Both the position numbers and the translations under genes were made by a program. 64,000 bases of DNA from Spirochaetia bacterium (GTDB taxonomy: Bacteria; Spirochaetota; Spirochaetia; SZUA-6; Bin103), in NCBI GenBank assembly GCA_965203055.1, contig OZ241863.1:3456001-3520000 (forward strand), read 5' to 3'. Of this stretch, positions 8,884 through 18,387 are shown piece by piece (within the stretch, counting starts at the first letter, position 1; the number at the start of each line of letters is the position of its first letter). Under the pieces are notes generated by a model. That model searched no databases and was not told where the DNA came from. It was given only the letters and a program-made list of their open reading frames with translations.

Positions 8884-10857
8884 TCAAGGTAGCGCAACCC
8901 GGCGCTGGCGGCGATACCAGACGCCGATGGCCGCCACGAACGCAATCTGGGCCGCGCTGTACGCGCCCAGGCCCAGCAACACCCCATCGGTAAAGCCGTA
9001 CGAGTGCAGGCCGACCCCCAGGGCGTTGATCCCGAACCAGGCCGCCATCACCACGATGATCAGCAGCGCCGCGCCGGCCGCCATCCCGAATGGTCCGATC
9101 ATCTTGCCCAGCCGGGCGTGAAACAGGACCGCGCACCACAGCACGATGAGCAGGGCGCCGTTCTCCTTCGGGTCCCAGCCCCAGAAGCGGCCCCACGACT
9201 GGTCGGCCCAGATGCCCCCCAGCATGGTGCCGGCGAAGGAACAGGTGAGCCCCAGGGCAAGCGCGCCGAACAGCGTCCGGTAGGTGTGCGCCAGCCGCCC
9301 GGCGGCCGCCCGCGAAGGGGCGGCGCCGCGGCGTCCCTGCAGCACCGCCTGCAGCATGTATACGTGGCCGATCAGCCCGGCCACGCAGCACGCCATGTAG
9401 CCGGTGGTTATTACGATGACGTGAGTGGAGAGCCAGAAGTTGGTGTCCAGCACCGCCTGCAGCACCGGCATGGTATCGCCCTCGGCCGAGAACTTGCCGG
9501 ACAGCAGGAAGAACACGAACCCGCCGGCCAACCCGCAGAAGACGCCGAGGTAGCGCTTGCGCAGGTACTCCATGACGATCCCGCACACCACCGCGCCCCA
9601 GCCGACGAACACGAAGGTCTCGAACAGATTGGTGACCGGCGGCCGATCGGTGATCAGGATGCGCAGCACCAGGCCGAAGGTGTGCGGGATGAAGCCCACC
9701 ATCAGCAGCAGCAGGCTGGCCCGATACAACCAGGTTCTGAAGCCGACGAACGACAGCGCCAGCACCAGCAGCCCGACGCCGTAGGCCACGCGGGCCGCCA
9801 GATAGGGGTTGGCGCGATTGTAGAGGATTTCGAGATTGGGATCCTTGAGTTCCAGCTCGGGCGCGATGCGGCGTTGCACCGAATCGGTGAACTGGCGCGC
9901 CGCCAGTCCGAAGCGCAGATCGCGTCCCTCCAGGTACGCCACCTGCAGGTCGCGCAACGCCAGCAGCTCGTTTTCCAGCGCCCGGAGCTGCGCCGCCCCG
10001 AGCCCCGCGGTCCGCTGCCCGTCGAGGACCTGCCAGGGCGTGAGCCAGCGCACCTCGCCGGCGCCGGAAACGGGAATGATCGGCAACGGGAAGCCGACGA
10101 AGTTGCCCTGCCACGCGGCGAGACTCTGACTGAGGCGCAGCAGCAACCCATCGCCGCGGCTGAAGGTCCCGCTGGCGGCGTGGGCGGCGCCCGCCGCGGT
10201 GGCTCCCGCGCGCAGCTCGGCGCGCCGCAGAGCGATGTCGAGATAGCTGTAGGTGCCGGTGCCGGGCAGTCCGAGCAGCTCCGCTACCGCCTGCTCGTCT
10301 ACCTGAAAGTCGCGGTGCGGATAGGTAAAGGCGAACGCGGACAGGAGATTGGCATAGAGACCGACGTTGTTCCACAGGCGCAGGATCTCGCGCTCGACAA
10401 TGGTACGGCTGTCCTCGCTGATCGCCGCGGCTTCCTCGGCCAGCCGTTCCAGCTCCTCCAGGCCGGGCAGCAGGAAGGAGACGCTGTAACGGTCGCGGCC
10501 GCGCGACTCCAGGCCCATCGCCTCCAGCACGGCCGGATTGTCTACCAGGAAGACCGCGTCGTCGTGGGTCTCGTTGGGCGTGAACAGCACCCGCGCCAAC
10601 CATTCGCCGGCGGGCCGGCGGGCGAAGCTGCGCCGCCCGGACAGGCGCAGCAGGGTAATGCGCGCGTAGCTGTCCAGCGGCATAAGCCGGCCTCCCTCCA
10701 CCACCACGATGCGCTGCAGTGGGCCGAGGTCGGTAATGCGCAACGCTCCGGGCGCGAAGTCGCCGCTGCCGGCGAGCCCCGGCGCGGCTGCCTCCTGCGC
10801 CGCGCCGGCCGCGGCAATCAGCAGCGCCGCCAGCGCCGCGGCCGCGCGCCTAGGCAC
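8884..10857 (-). CDS. ccsA: cytochrome c biogenesis System II heme-handling protein CcsA, with large N-terminal extracytoplasmic domain
   Basis: WWD domain WADQSWGRFWGWDPKEN, RPPVTNLFET, HVIVITTGY, GLHSYG; N-terminal signal peptide. Start uncertain (GTG 10857 or TTG 10869). Confidence 0.9.
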   Translation of the reverse strand: MPRRAAAALAALLIAAAGAAQEAAAPGLAGSGDFAPGALRITDLGPLQRIVVVEGGRLMPLDSYARITLLRLSGRRSFARRPAGEWLARVLFTPNETHDDAVFLVDNPAVLEAMGLESRGRDRYSVSFLLPGLEELERLAEEAAAISEDSRTIVEREILRLWNNVGLYANLLSAFAFTYPHRDFQVDEQAVAELLGLPGTGTYSYLDIALRRAELRAGATAAGAAHAASGTFSRGDGLLLRLSQSLAAWQGNFVGFPLPIIPVSGAGEVRWLTPWQVLDGQRTAGLGAAQLRALENELLALRDLQVAYLEGRDLRFGLAARQFTDSVQRRIAPELELKDPNLEILYNRANPYLAARVAYGVGLLVLALSFVGFRTWLYRASLLLLMVGFIPHTFGLVLRILITDRPPVTNLFETFVFVGWGAVVCGIVMEYLRKRYLGVFCGLAGGFVFFLLSGKFSAEGDTMPVLQAVLDTNFWLSTHVIVITTGYMACCVAGLIGHVYMLQAVLQGRRGAAPSRAAAGRLAHTYRTLFGALALGLTCSFAGTMLGGIWADQSWGRFWGWDPKENGALLIVLWCAVLFHARLGKMIGPFGMAAGAALLIIVVMAAWFGINALGVGLHSYGFTDGVLLGLGAYSAAQIAFVAAIGVWYRRQRRVALP

Positions 10858-12001
10858 CGTTGGGCCCAACAGGGGCGCCGCGCCGCCGGCGCCGCAACAC
10901 CAGGGTCTGGATGAAGTGCACGGCGAGCCCGACTCCCACCGCCGCGGTGCCGACGTAGGGCACCAGGCGGCTGCGGTTATGAACCACGGCGAACGTCGAG
11001 GTCTCCTGACCGGTCGCGTCGATCGCGTAGGAGGCCTGGTAGAACGTGTAGCCCGCGTACCGCAGCGGGTTGTTCATCGAGATCCGAGCGCTGCGGGTCA
11101 GTTCCGGCGTGCGCAGGGTGACGTCACTTTCGAAGCTGCGCGGCGTGTCCGAATTGGGGTGGAACTCGGCCCGGAAGTCCTGCAGGGTGAGGAGCAGCGG
11201 CATCGGGTGCCGCGTGCGCCGCAGGCTCACTGCCACGCGGCGCGCGCCCGCGGTGGGAACCAGCGCCGGTCCCAGGTCGCTGCCGTAGAGCAGGACCTCG
11301 GCGCTGCCGCCGGCGTGGCGCACTTCCAGCAGCAGGCCGGGGAAGTTCTCCTGCGGGTCGGGCGACACCCTGCTCTCCTCCAGACTGCCGATGCCGGAAC
11401 CGTTGATCCAGCGCACCGGCTCGTTGCTGGCGCGGCTGAAGGCGCGCGCGTTGCGGAAGTAGCGCCGCGGGCGCAGCTCCACGCCGTAGCGCGGAATGGG
11501 CACGGTGCGCCCGGCCGCCAGCGCATCGGCGTCCACCGCCGCCACCCGGCGGGTCTCGGCGCTCGGATCCCAGACCGCCACCTCCCAATCGAAGTAGTCG
11601 GAGGTGACGTTGGCGCCCTCGCCCTCCAGCAGCGAGAGGAATGACTCTTGCGCGAAGTACTGGGTAAAGAACATGCCGAAGAAGAGGGCGAACAGCCCGC
11701 CGTGGATGATCAGAATGCCGATCCGCTTCACCTGGTAGGAAAAGCGGTAGATGGTTGCCGCCAGGAGATTGACGAACAGCACCCAGAGTACGAGTTGGGC
11801 CCCGGGCAGTGGTACGAAGCCGGCCGCCAGGGTGAAGAACGACTCGAAGTAGATCTTCTGCGCGGAGTAGATCCCGTTGGGGAGCTGATGCAGGGTGCCA
11901 AGAAGGGTGAGCAGGAACAGCAGCAGCAGACACACCACCGTGACCCGCAGGTCGATCAGCAGACGCACCACCGGGTAGCGTCTGATGGCGGCAGCTAACA
12001 C
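10850..12001 (-). CDS. cytochrome c biogenesis ResB/CcsB-like protein
   Basis: Three N-terminal TM segments with conserved His (IIHGGL), ISMNNPLRYAGYTFYQASY, C-terminal TM; directly upstream of ccsA. Confidence 0.85.
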   Translation of the reverse strand: MLAAAIRRYPVVRLLIDLRVTVVCLLLLFLLTLLGTLHQLPNGIYSAQKIYFESFFTLAAGFVPLPGAQLVLWVLFVNLLAATIYRFSYQVKRIGILIIHGGLFALFFGMFFTQYFAQESFLSLLEGEGANVTSDYFDWEVAVWDPSAETRRVAAVDADALAAGRTVPIPRYGVELRPRRYFRNARAFSRASNEPVRWINGSGIGSLEESRVSPDPQENFPGLLLEVRHAGGSAEVLLYGSDLGPALVPTAGARRVAVSLRRTRHPMPLLLTLQDFRAEFHPNSDTPRSFESDVTLRTPELTRSARISMNNPLRYAGYTFYQASYAIDATGQETSTFAVVHNRSRLVPYVGTAAVGVGLAVHFIQTLVLRRRRRGAPVGPNGA

Positions 12002-12008
12002 CCGGCCA

Positions 12009-12605
12009 TCACGAGGTACGCGCGGCGGCGAGTTCCAGGCTGCCGACCAGGCGCAGGAAGTCGCTCCGCGCCGCAGCCACCGCGGCCCCGTTCCCGGACA
12101 TCTTCACGAACAGGGTCTGATCGAGCGCCGGCCCCACCGCCACCATCATCGAATCCCCGTCGGGCGCGGTCAGAGCGGTGAAGTCGTAGACGGTGAGGCG
12201 CAACCCGCCGCGGGTCGCCACCGGCTCGCCGGCGGCCAGAAACTGCGCCAGCTCGTCACCCGCGAGCCGCAGCCCGAGCTGCTCGAGCCAGCGCGCCACG
12301 TTCGCTTCGACGCCGCCGGCGGCGCCGCCAAGCATGACCACGGTGGTCTCGACCAGGGTGCTCTCGCGGTCGCCGCCCTGTTCGAGGCGGAACGCCGCGA
12401 GCCGGATCCCGTCACCCGGCAGCTCCTGCCACGTCGGCGGCGTCTGCCACGCCAGCGGCGCCGCGCCGCCGAGGGGGCCACTGCCGTCGAAGGCCGCCTC
12501 CACCGGCGAGGGTTTGATGACCACTTCGTCATACTCGCGCACGCGCGGCTCGCGCGCGCAGGCCGCCGTCGCCAGGAGGGCCGCGCCGAGGAGCAACCGG
12601 GTCAC
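12009..12605 (-). CDS. hypothetical lipoprotein
   Basis: Lipobox-like LLATAAC; WQTPPTWQE, GGVEANVARWLEQLGL, FVKMSG; in operon with the ccs genes. Confidence 0.75.
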   Translation of the reverse strand: MTRLLLGAALLATAACAREPRVREYDEVVIKPSPVEAAFDGSGPLGGAAPLAWQTPPTWQELPGDGIRLAAFRLEQGGDRESTLVETTVVMLGGAAGGVEANVARWLEQLGLRLAGDELAQFLAAGEPVATRGGLRLTVYDFTALTAPDGDSMMVAVGPALDQTLFVKMSGNGAAVAAARSDFLRLVGSLELAAARTS

Positions 12606-12614
12606 CGGCAGCGC

Positions 12615-12896
12615 CTAGCCGCCGGCGTCGGCCAGGCGGGTCACCGTACGCACCTCCGGCAACGGCACCACCACCCGGTCAAGCTCCTTCCACTGGCCGA
12701 AGCGAGCCGCGGTGCGCACGTATTGCTCCTTCGACGGACCGCCCTCGCCCTCGGTGTGGCGCGCGACGTCGAGCAGTACGATTCCGTCGCTCCGCTGTTC
12801 GAAGAAGCGGCCGATGTAGAGCGCCGGGCCGACGGTATCCACCACTACGGTGATGCCGTGCAGCTCGCCCCTGGCCGCATGCCTGGAGTGTCTCAG
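12615..12896 (-). CDS. small hypothetical protein (possible CTG start)
   Basis: Protein-like frame ELHGITVVVDT...YIGRF...LLDVARH filling the gap between brxA and the lipoprotein. No ATG/GTG/TTG before this motif; CTG at 12896 overlaps the brxA TGA. Confidence 0.65.
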   Translation of the reverse strand: MRHSRHAARGELHGITVVVDTVGPALYIGRFFEQRSDGIVLLDVARHTEGEGGPSKEQYVRTAARFGQWKELDRVVVPLPEVRTVTRLADAGG

Positions 12897-13315
12897 GCGG
12901 ACAGGTGCTCGTCGAACGCTGCCACGAGATCCGCGGCGATCGCCTGCGGCGCGCGCCCCTCGATCTGATGGCGCGGGTACATGAACACCAGCTCGCCGCC
13001 ACGGAACAGCGCGACCGATGGGCTGCTCGGCGGAATATGGGGAAGGTAGCTGCGCGCCTTGACGGTAGCGTCCAGGTCCTGACCGGCAAATACGGTGGCG
13101 ATGCGATCCGGAGTCACCTCGTGGCGCAGCGCCAGCCTGATGCCGGGGCGCGCGCTGCCGGCCGCGCAGCCGCATACGGAATTGATGACGATCATGGCGG
13201 ATCCGGTCTCGTCGGCCATGAACCGGTCTACGTCGGCGGCGGTCAGCAATTCTTCGATGCCCACCGCGGTGAGCTCGTCGCGCATTGGTTGCACGAGCAC
13301 AGGGTCGTACGGCAT
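12893..13315 (-). CDS. BrxA/BrxB family bacilliredoxin (YphP/YqiW, DUF1094)
   Basis: MPYDPVLVQPMRDEL, INSVCGCAAGSARP, TVFAGQD, PPSSPSVALF, RHQIEGR. Confidence 0.92.
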   Translation of the reverse strand: MPYDPVLVQPMRDELTAVGIEELLTAADVDRFMADETGSAMIVINSVCGCAAGSARPGIRLALRHEVTPDRIATVFAGQDLDATVKARSYLPHIPPSSPSVALFRGGELVFMYPRHQIEGRAPQAIAADLVAAFDEHLSA

Positions 13316-13321
13316 GCGGCT

Positions 13322-13351
13322 AACATAGTGGCGCCTGAGAATCCGCGTCAA
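13322..13351 (-). promoter_or_regulatory. sigma70-type promoter, probably leaderless, for the brx-ccs-tat operon
   Basis: TTGACG-18nt-TATGTT, then 6 nt to ATG (13315); no SD. Confidence 0.6.
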
Positions 13352-13371
13352 GCCGGCACCGCGGCGCGGCG

Positions 13372-14274
13372 CTACACCGGCCGCACGTCGGCGGCCGCGG
13401 GAAGCGCCGCGCGCGCGGCCGGAGCCGCCAGTTCGCGCGCCGCCGCCGCGGCCGCGGGAGCCGGCGCGACCCCCACGCCGGCCGCGGCCGGCGCGCGCCG
13501 GCGCCGGGTTCCCACCGCCGGCGCGAGCGGCGCCCCGGCGGGCGCGTTCCCGGAGGCGGCCGGCGCCGCGGGAATGGCGCCGAAGCGGCGCTCGCGGCCG
13601 TGGAACTCCTGGATCGCCGCCTGCATTTCGCCGCGGCTGAAGTCGGGCCACATCACCTCGGTGAAGTACAGCTCGGCGTAGGCGGCCTCCCAGAGCAGGA
13701 AGTCACTGAGACGTTGCTCGCCGCCGGTGCGGATGATCAGATCCACCTCCTGCACCGCACACTCGCCGGCCGGGCTGGCTACCAGCCGGCCAAAGGCCGC
13801 GTACCGTTCCTTCGCGCCGGCCGCGGCCAGCTCGGAGAGCCGTTCCGCGGCCGCCAGGATCGCATCCCGCGCCGAGTAGTCGATGGCGATGCGCAGCAGC
13901 AGGCGCCGGCCATCCCGGGTGGTCCGTTCGGCGGTGTCGATGGCGCGGCGCAAGGGCGCTCCAAGACGGTCGCGGCGCCCGATTACCTGGACCCGCACGC
14001 CGTTTGCCACGCACTCGTCCATCTCGCCGTACAGGTGGCGCTCGAACAGCCGCATCAGCAGCCTGACCTCGCGCGCCGGACGGTGCCAGTTATTGGCCGA
14101 GAACGCGTACAGGGTGAGCACCCGCACGCCGAAGTCGGGCGCGGCGCGCACGCAGGAGCGCACCGCCCGCAGTCCGGCGCGATGGCCGCGGTAGCGGCTC
14201 AACCGTTGGCGCGCGGCCCAGCGGCCGTTGCCGTCCATGATGATGCCGACGTGCAGTCCTCCGGTACCGTTCAC
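13372..14274 (-). CDS. uppS: cis-prenyltransferase (undecaprenyl diphosphate synthase family)
   Basis: [61 protein letters not shown]; Ala/Pro-rich tail. GTG at 14274. Confidence 0.9.
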   Translation of the reverse strand: MNGTGGLHVGIIMDGNGRWAARQRLSRYRGHRAGLRAVRSCVRAAPDFGVRVLTLYAFSANNWHRPAREVRLLMRLFERHLYGEMDECVANGVRVQVIGRRDRLGAPLRRAIDTAERTTRDGRRLLLRIAIDYSARDAILAAAERLSELAAAGAKERYAAFGRLVASPAGECAVQEVDLIIRTGGEQRLSDFLLWEAAYAELYFTEVMWPDFSRGEMQAAIQEFHGRERRFGAIPAAPAASGNAPAGAPLAPAVGTRRRRAPAAAGVGVAPAPAAAAAARELAAPAARAALPAAADVRPV

Positions 14275-14414
14275 CGGACGAGACGGTCGAGGCCCGGTTC
14301 CGCCGGACCGGTCAACCCCTGGATCGCCTCCAGGAGCCGGGGCGTCACGGCAGGCGCGCCCACGCCCAGGTCCTCCGCGGCCCGCGCGGGGGTCCGCGTC
14401 GGGGTCTGCAACAT
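14271..14414 (-). pseudogene. 47-aa ORF coupled to uppS; possible truncated winged-helix regulator
   Basis: MLQTP...[20 protein letters not shown]; the stop overlaps the uppS GTG (GTGA). The end resembles the 'LDRLIHER' start of HTH regulators I recall upstream of this uppS type. Confidence 0.4.
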
Positions 14415-14456
14415 GCGCTGCCAACGATAGTACCTGGGCCGAAACGGAGTCAAGTA

Positions 14457-14471
14457 CTTTGCGCTGCAAAG
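14457..14471. promoter_or_regulatory. palindromic operator candidate between divergent uppS and fucI
   Basis: CTTTGC-GCT-GCAAAG inverted repeat next to a minus-strand TTGACT (-35-like, 14448-14453). Confidence 0.5.
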
Positions 14472-14495
14472 CCTCCCGCAAAGGCGGCGCGCGAC

Positions 14496-14523
14496 TTGCC
14501 AACTCCGGGCACACCGTTAGACT
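14496..14523 (+). promoter_or_regulatory. promoter of fucI, probably leaderless
   Basis: TTGCCA-16nt-TAGACT, then 6 nt to ATG 14530. Confidence 0.55.
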
Positions 14524-14529
14524 ACGGGC

Positions 14530-16338
14530 ATGGCCTTCGCCTGGAACACCGCCGAACCAACCCACCGTCTGACCACCCCGCTGCCCCGCGTCGGCATTCG
14601 CCCGGCGATCGACGGGCGCCGCCGGGGCGTGCGCGAGTCCCTGGAAGAAGTCACCCTGAGGCAGGCGCGGCGGGTTGCGGCCTTGATCACCGACAACCTG
14701 CGCCACGCCTGCGGGTTGCCGGTCGAGTGCGTGGTGGCCGACACCTGCATCGGCGGCGCCGCGGAGGCGGCCGCCTGCGCGGCGCAGTTCCGGCGCGCCG
14801 GGGTGGGCGTCTCGCTGACGGTCACCCCCTGCTGGTGCTACGGCGCCGAGACCATGGACATGGACCCGTTGCTGCCGAAGGCGGTGTGGGGCTTCAACGG
14901 TACCGAGCGTCCGGGCGCGGTGTACCTGGCCGCGGTACTGGCGGCGCACGCCCAGAAGGGGGTGCCGGCGTTCGGCATCTACGGCCGCGAGGTCCAGGAT
15001 GCCGACGACGACGCGATCCCGGGCGACGTGCGCGCCAAGATACTCTCCTTCGTACGCGCGGGGGTGGCCGCCGGTACCATGCAGGGCACCTCCTATCTGG
15101 CCATGGGCGGGGTCTCGATGGGTATCGGCGGCTCCATCGTCGATCCCGGGTTTCTCGAGCGCTACCTGGGCATGCGCTACGAGATGGTTGACATGACCGA
15201 ATTCGTGCGGCGGATCGAGGAGGGAATCTACGACCGCGACGAGCTGGCGCGGGCCCAGGAGTGGACCGCCGGCTACTGCCGGCGCGGTCCCGACCCCAAT
15301 CCCGCGCCGCAGCGGCTGCCGGCCGCGCGCCATGCCGCCGACTGGGACTACTGTCTGAAGATGGCGCTCATCGGGCGCGATCTGATGGTGGGCAACCCGC
15401 GCCTGGCCGAGGCCGGATTCGGCGAGGAAGCGCTGGGCCACAACGCCCTGGCGGCCGGCTTCCAGGGGCAGCGCCAATGGACCGATCACTTCCCCAACGG
15501 CGACCTGCTGGAGACCCTGCTCAATACCTCGTTCGACTGGAACGGCATCCGCCAGCCCTACCTGATGGCTACCGAGAACGACTATCTGAACGGCATCACC
15601 ATGCTGTTCGGCCACTTGCTCACCGGCAGCGCGCAGGTGTTCGCCGACGTCCGCACCTACTGGAGTCCGGCCGCAATGGAGCGGGTCACCGGCCGCCGGC
15701 CGGAGGGACCGGCCGCGCAAGGAGTGTTGCACCTGATCAACTCCGGGTCCGCGGCGCTGGACGGGACCGGGCGCCAGCGCCGCGGCGGCGAACCGGCGAT
15801 GAAGCCGTTCTGGGAAATCTCGCCCGCCGAGGCGGAGGCCTGCCTGGCTGCCGCCCGCTTCTGTCCCGCGGTGCTGGAGTACTTCCGCGGCGGCGGCTAC
15901 TCCACCGAGTTCGAGACTGCCGGCGGCATGCCGGTCACCATCTCCCGCCTCAATCAGGTGGCGGGCCTGGGACCGACGCTGCAACTCGCCGAGGGCCACA
16001 CCGTGTCGCTGCCGCCGGAGATCGGCCGGCCACTGATCGAGCGCACCAATCCCACTTGGCCCACGACCTGGTTTGCGCCGCGCCTCACCGGCAGCGGGCC
16101 GTTCACCGACTCCTACTCGGTAATGGACAACTGGGGAGCCAACCACTGCGTGATCACCTGCGGCCACGTGGGAGACGCGCTGTTGACGCTGGCTTCGATC
16201 CTGCGCATCCCGGTGGGCATGCACAACGTAGCGGCCGAGCGCGTGTTCCGGCCGAAGGCGTGGAGTCTGTTCGGGCCGCTTGCCGACTACGGAGCCGACT
16301 ACCGCGCCTGCGCCAATTTCGGGCCGCTGTACGGTTGA
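14530..16338 (+). CDS. fucI: L-fucose isomerase
   Basis: [71 protein letters not shown]. Confidence 0.96.
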   Translation: MAFAWNTAEPTHRLTTPLPRVGIRPAIDGRRRGVRESLEEVTLRQARRVAALITDNLRHACGLPVECVVADTCIGGAAEAAACAAQFRRAGVGVSLTVTPCWCYGAETMDMDPLLPKAVWGFNGTERPGAVYLAAVLAAHAQKGVPAFGIYGREVQDADDDAIPGDVRAKILSFVRAGVAAGTMQGTSYLAMGGVSMGIGGSIVDPGFLERYLGMRYEMVDMTEFVRRIEEGIYDRDELARAQEWTAGYCRRGPDPNPAPQRLPAARHAADWDYCLKMALIGRDLMVGNPRLAEAGFGEEALGHNALAAGFQGQRQWTDHFPNGDLLETLLNTSFDWNGIRQPYLMATENDYLNGITMLFGHLLTGSAQVFADVRTYWSPAAMERVTGRRPEGPAAQGVLHLINSGSAALDGTGRQRRGGEPAMKPFWEISPAEAEACLAAARFCPAVLEYFRGGGYSTEFETAGGMPVTISRLNQVAGLGPTLQLAEGHTVSLPPEIGRPLIERTNPTWPTTWFAPRLTGSGPFTDSYSVMDNWGANHCVITCGHVGDALLTLASILRIPVGMHNVAAERVFRPKAWSLFGPLADYGADYRACANFGPLYG

Positions 16339-17430
16339 TCAGGCGTCGCCCGGTTCGCGCGGCGGGTCGGCCTGCGGCGGCGCCGGGACGTCGGTCATGC
16401 CCATCGCCCGCGCGCGCCGTTGCCAGCGGCGGCGGGCCAGCTTCTGCATGTCGATTTCGACGTCCGACTCGTCCACGATTTCGCTGCCCAGCAGCGATTC
16501 CACCACATCTTCCATGGTGACGATCCCGGCCATGCCGCCGTACTGATCTACCAGCACCGCGATATGCTCGCGCTGATCCAGGAAGCGGGTGAACAGGTCA
16601 CGCAGAGGCTGGGTATCCGGCACCAGACCGATGCTCCGCTTCAGCTCGGCAAGCTGCCGCGCGCTGCGGCCCTCGGCGGCGCTCAGCAGCAGGTCGCTCT
16701 TGAGCACGTAGCCGGTAACGGCGTCGATGTTGTCGGCGTAGATGGGAATGCGGGAGAAGCGCAGCCCCAGGCGATCGCCGAGCACCTCCTGTACCGTGGT
16801 CTGTTCGGCAAACGCCACCACCACCGTGCGCGGCGTCATGATCTCCCGCACGCGCAGGGAACCGAAGCGAATCACGTTGCGCAGCACCCGCGACTCGCTG
16901 TCCTGCACCATCCCTTCCTGCCGGCCCAGATCGGCGATGGCGTGCAGCTCGTCCTTGCTGACCCGGGTGGGCCGGTGCCCCCGCTGCACCACGCGGCGCA
17001 ACATCCCGCCGGCCCACACGAAGGGAAACATGACGTAGATCAGCCACTGCGTTACGCGCGTCGCCGGCGGCGCCAGCGCGCGCCAGTGGGTGGCGCCGAT
17101 GGTCTTGGGAATGATTTCGGAGAGGAACAGCACCAGCAGGGTGAGCAGCGCGGAGACGAGGCCGACCGAGGCGCTGCCGAACAGCGCCAGCGCCTGGGCC
17201 CCCACCCCGGTAGCGCCGGCGGTGTTGGCAATCGTGTTCAAGGCGAGAATGGCGGCCAGCGGTCGTTCCGCGTCCCGCTTGTAGCGGGCGAGCAGGTGGC
17301 CGGTGCGCGGCCGGCGCTTGGCAACGGCGACCACGTAACTTGGGGTCACGCTCAGGATCACCGCCTCCAGAATCGAACAGAGAAAGGAAAATCCGAGCGT
17401 GCCGGCGAGCAGCAGTATCAGCAGCAACAT
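16339..17430 (-). CDS. CNNM/DUF21 + CBS domain protein (CorC/HlyC family)
   Basis: FSFLCSILEA, ILALNTIANT, SEIIPKTIG, IMTPRT, FSRIPIY, VDQYGGMAGIVTMED, EIVDESD. Confidence 0.9.
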   Translation of the reverse strand: MLLLILLLAGTLGFSFLCSILEAVILSVTPSYVVAVAKRRPRTGHLLARYKRDAERPLAAILALNTIANTAGATGVGAQALALFGSASVGLVSALLTLLVLFLSEIIPKTIGATHWRALAPPATRVTQWLIYVMFPFVWAGGMLRRVVQRGHRPTRVSKDELHAIADLGRQEGMVQDSESRVLRNVIRFGSLRVREIMTPRTVVVAFAEQTTVQEVLGDRLGLRFSRIPIYADNIDAVTGYVLKSDLLLSAAEGRSARQLAELKRSIGLVPDTQPLRDLFTRFLDQREHIAVLVDQYGGMAGIVTMEDVVESLLGSEIVDESDVEIDMQKLARRRWQRRARAMGMTDVPAPPQADPPREPGDA

Positions 17431-17438
17431 GGGGGCCG

Positions 17439-18209
17439 TCAAACCCCGAACAGGTTCTCTTTCAGTGAGCCGAGGTAGCGCTCCGCGATCAACTTCAGCG
17501 GTTTGGTCGCCAGTGCGAAATTCTCGGAGAACGCCGTCAGGGTAGCGCTCAGGTCGTGGTACTCGGCTTGGCGGTGGCCCGCGGCGCGGGCGTAGAAGGC
17601 GCGCCCCTGTTCCACCCAGGTGGCCGGGCGGTAACCCAGAATGCGGTCCGCGGCGAAGATCCCGGAAGCGAACAGGCACAGGTCGGCAATGTGGCGGTAG
17701 AGGTGGAACCGGTGATCTTCCTGCACGGTCTGGCAGTAGCGGATCAGGCTGCGCAGGTCCAGGCCGTTCACGCGCATCCGGCGCAGCCTGCCGTCCCGGC
17801 GGCGCCACGTGACCGAGCGCTGTTCGGTCTTTACGAAACCAGCCAATACTCCCACCAGGTAGTCGCGAATCTCTGCCGGCCCCAGGAAGTCACAGACCGC
17901 GCCGCTGTCGAATACCGGCGTTGCGAAGTCGCCCTCGCGCTCCACGGTATAGCCTTGCCGCTGCAGGTCGCGGCGCGCCCGCAGCAACAGAACGGTAAAG
18001 AACAGGTAGCTGGAAACGTGGATGAACGCTTCCTCGGTGTCGGTAATGGCGTGAAACACGCGGTCGTCGGTGAGAATCGCCTCCCGAATCTCACGGTCGG
18101 CGCGTACGGCGCGCGCCAACGTGGGGCGCTCGCCGGCTGCCGGAGCCAGCGAATCCATGATGTACTTCAAGTCGCCGTCGGAAAACGTCGCCGCTTGCGG
18201 AAGTGCCAA
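17439..18209 (-). CDS. conserved hypothetical protein (all-helical)
   Basis: 256-aa ORF with ordinary composition (VSSYLFFTVLL, RDYLVGVLAGF, YRHIADLCLFASGIF). TTG start with GAAGGGG upstream. Confidence 0.75.
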   Translation of the reverse strand: MALPQAATFSDGDLKYIMDSLAPAAGERPTLARAVRADREIREAILTDDRVFHAITDTEEAFIHVSSYLFFTVLLLRARRDLQRQGYTVEREGDFATPVFDSGAVCDFLGPAEIRDYLVGVLAGFVKTEQRSVTWRRRDGRLRRMRVNGLDLRSLIRYCQTVQEDHRFHLYRHIADLCLFASGIFAADRILGYRPATWVEQGRAFYARAAGHRQAEYHDLSATLTAFSENFALATKPLKLIAERYLGSLKENLFGV

Positions 18210-18387
18210 CAGTCACGAGCGGCCCCTTCACGCCGCCGTTTCAGCATGATACGCATCCGCAGCCGGAAGCGCAACGGCTGTGCGGCGGCGGGGGCAGCGG
18301 GCGGCTCCGCCGGCAGCAAGCACCTGGGCCGGGCGCGGCTGACCGGCGCCGCTGACCGGCGCGGCGCCTGGCCGTATACTCGGCCAC

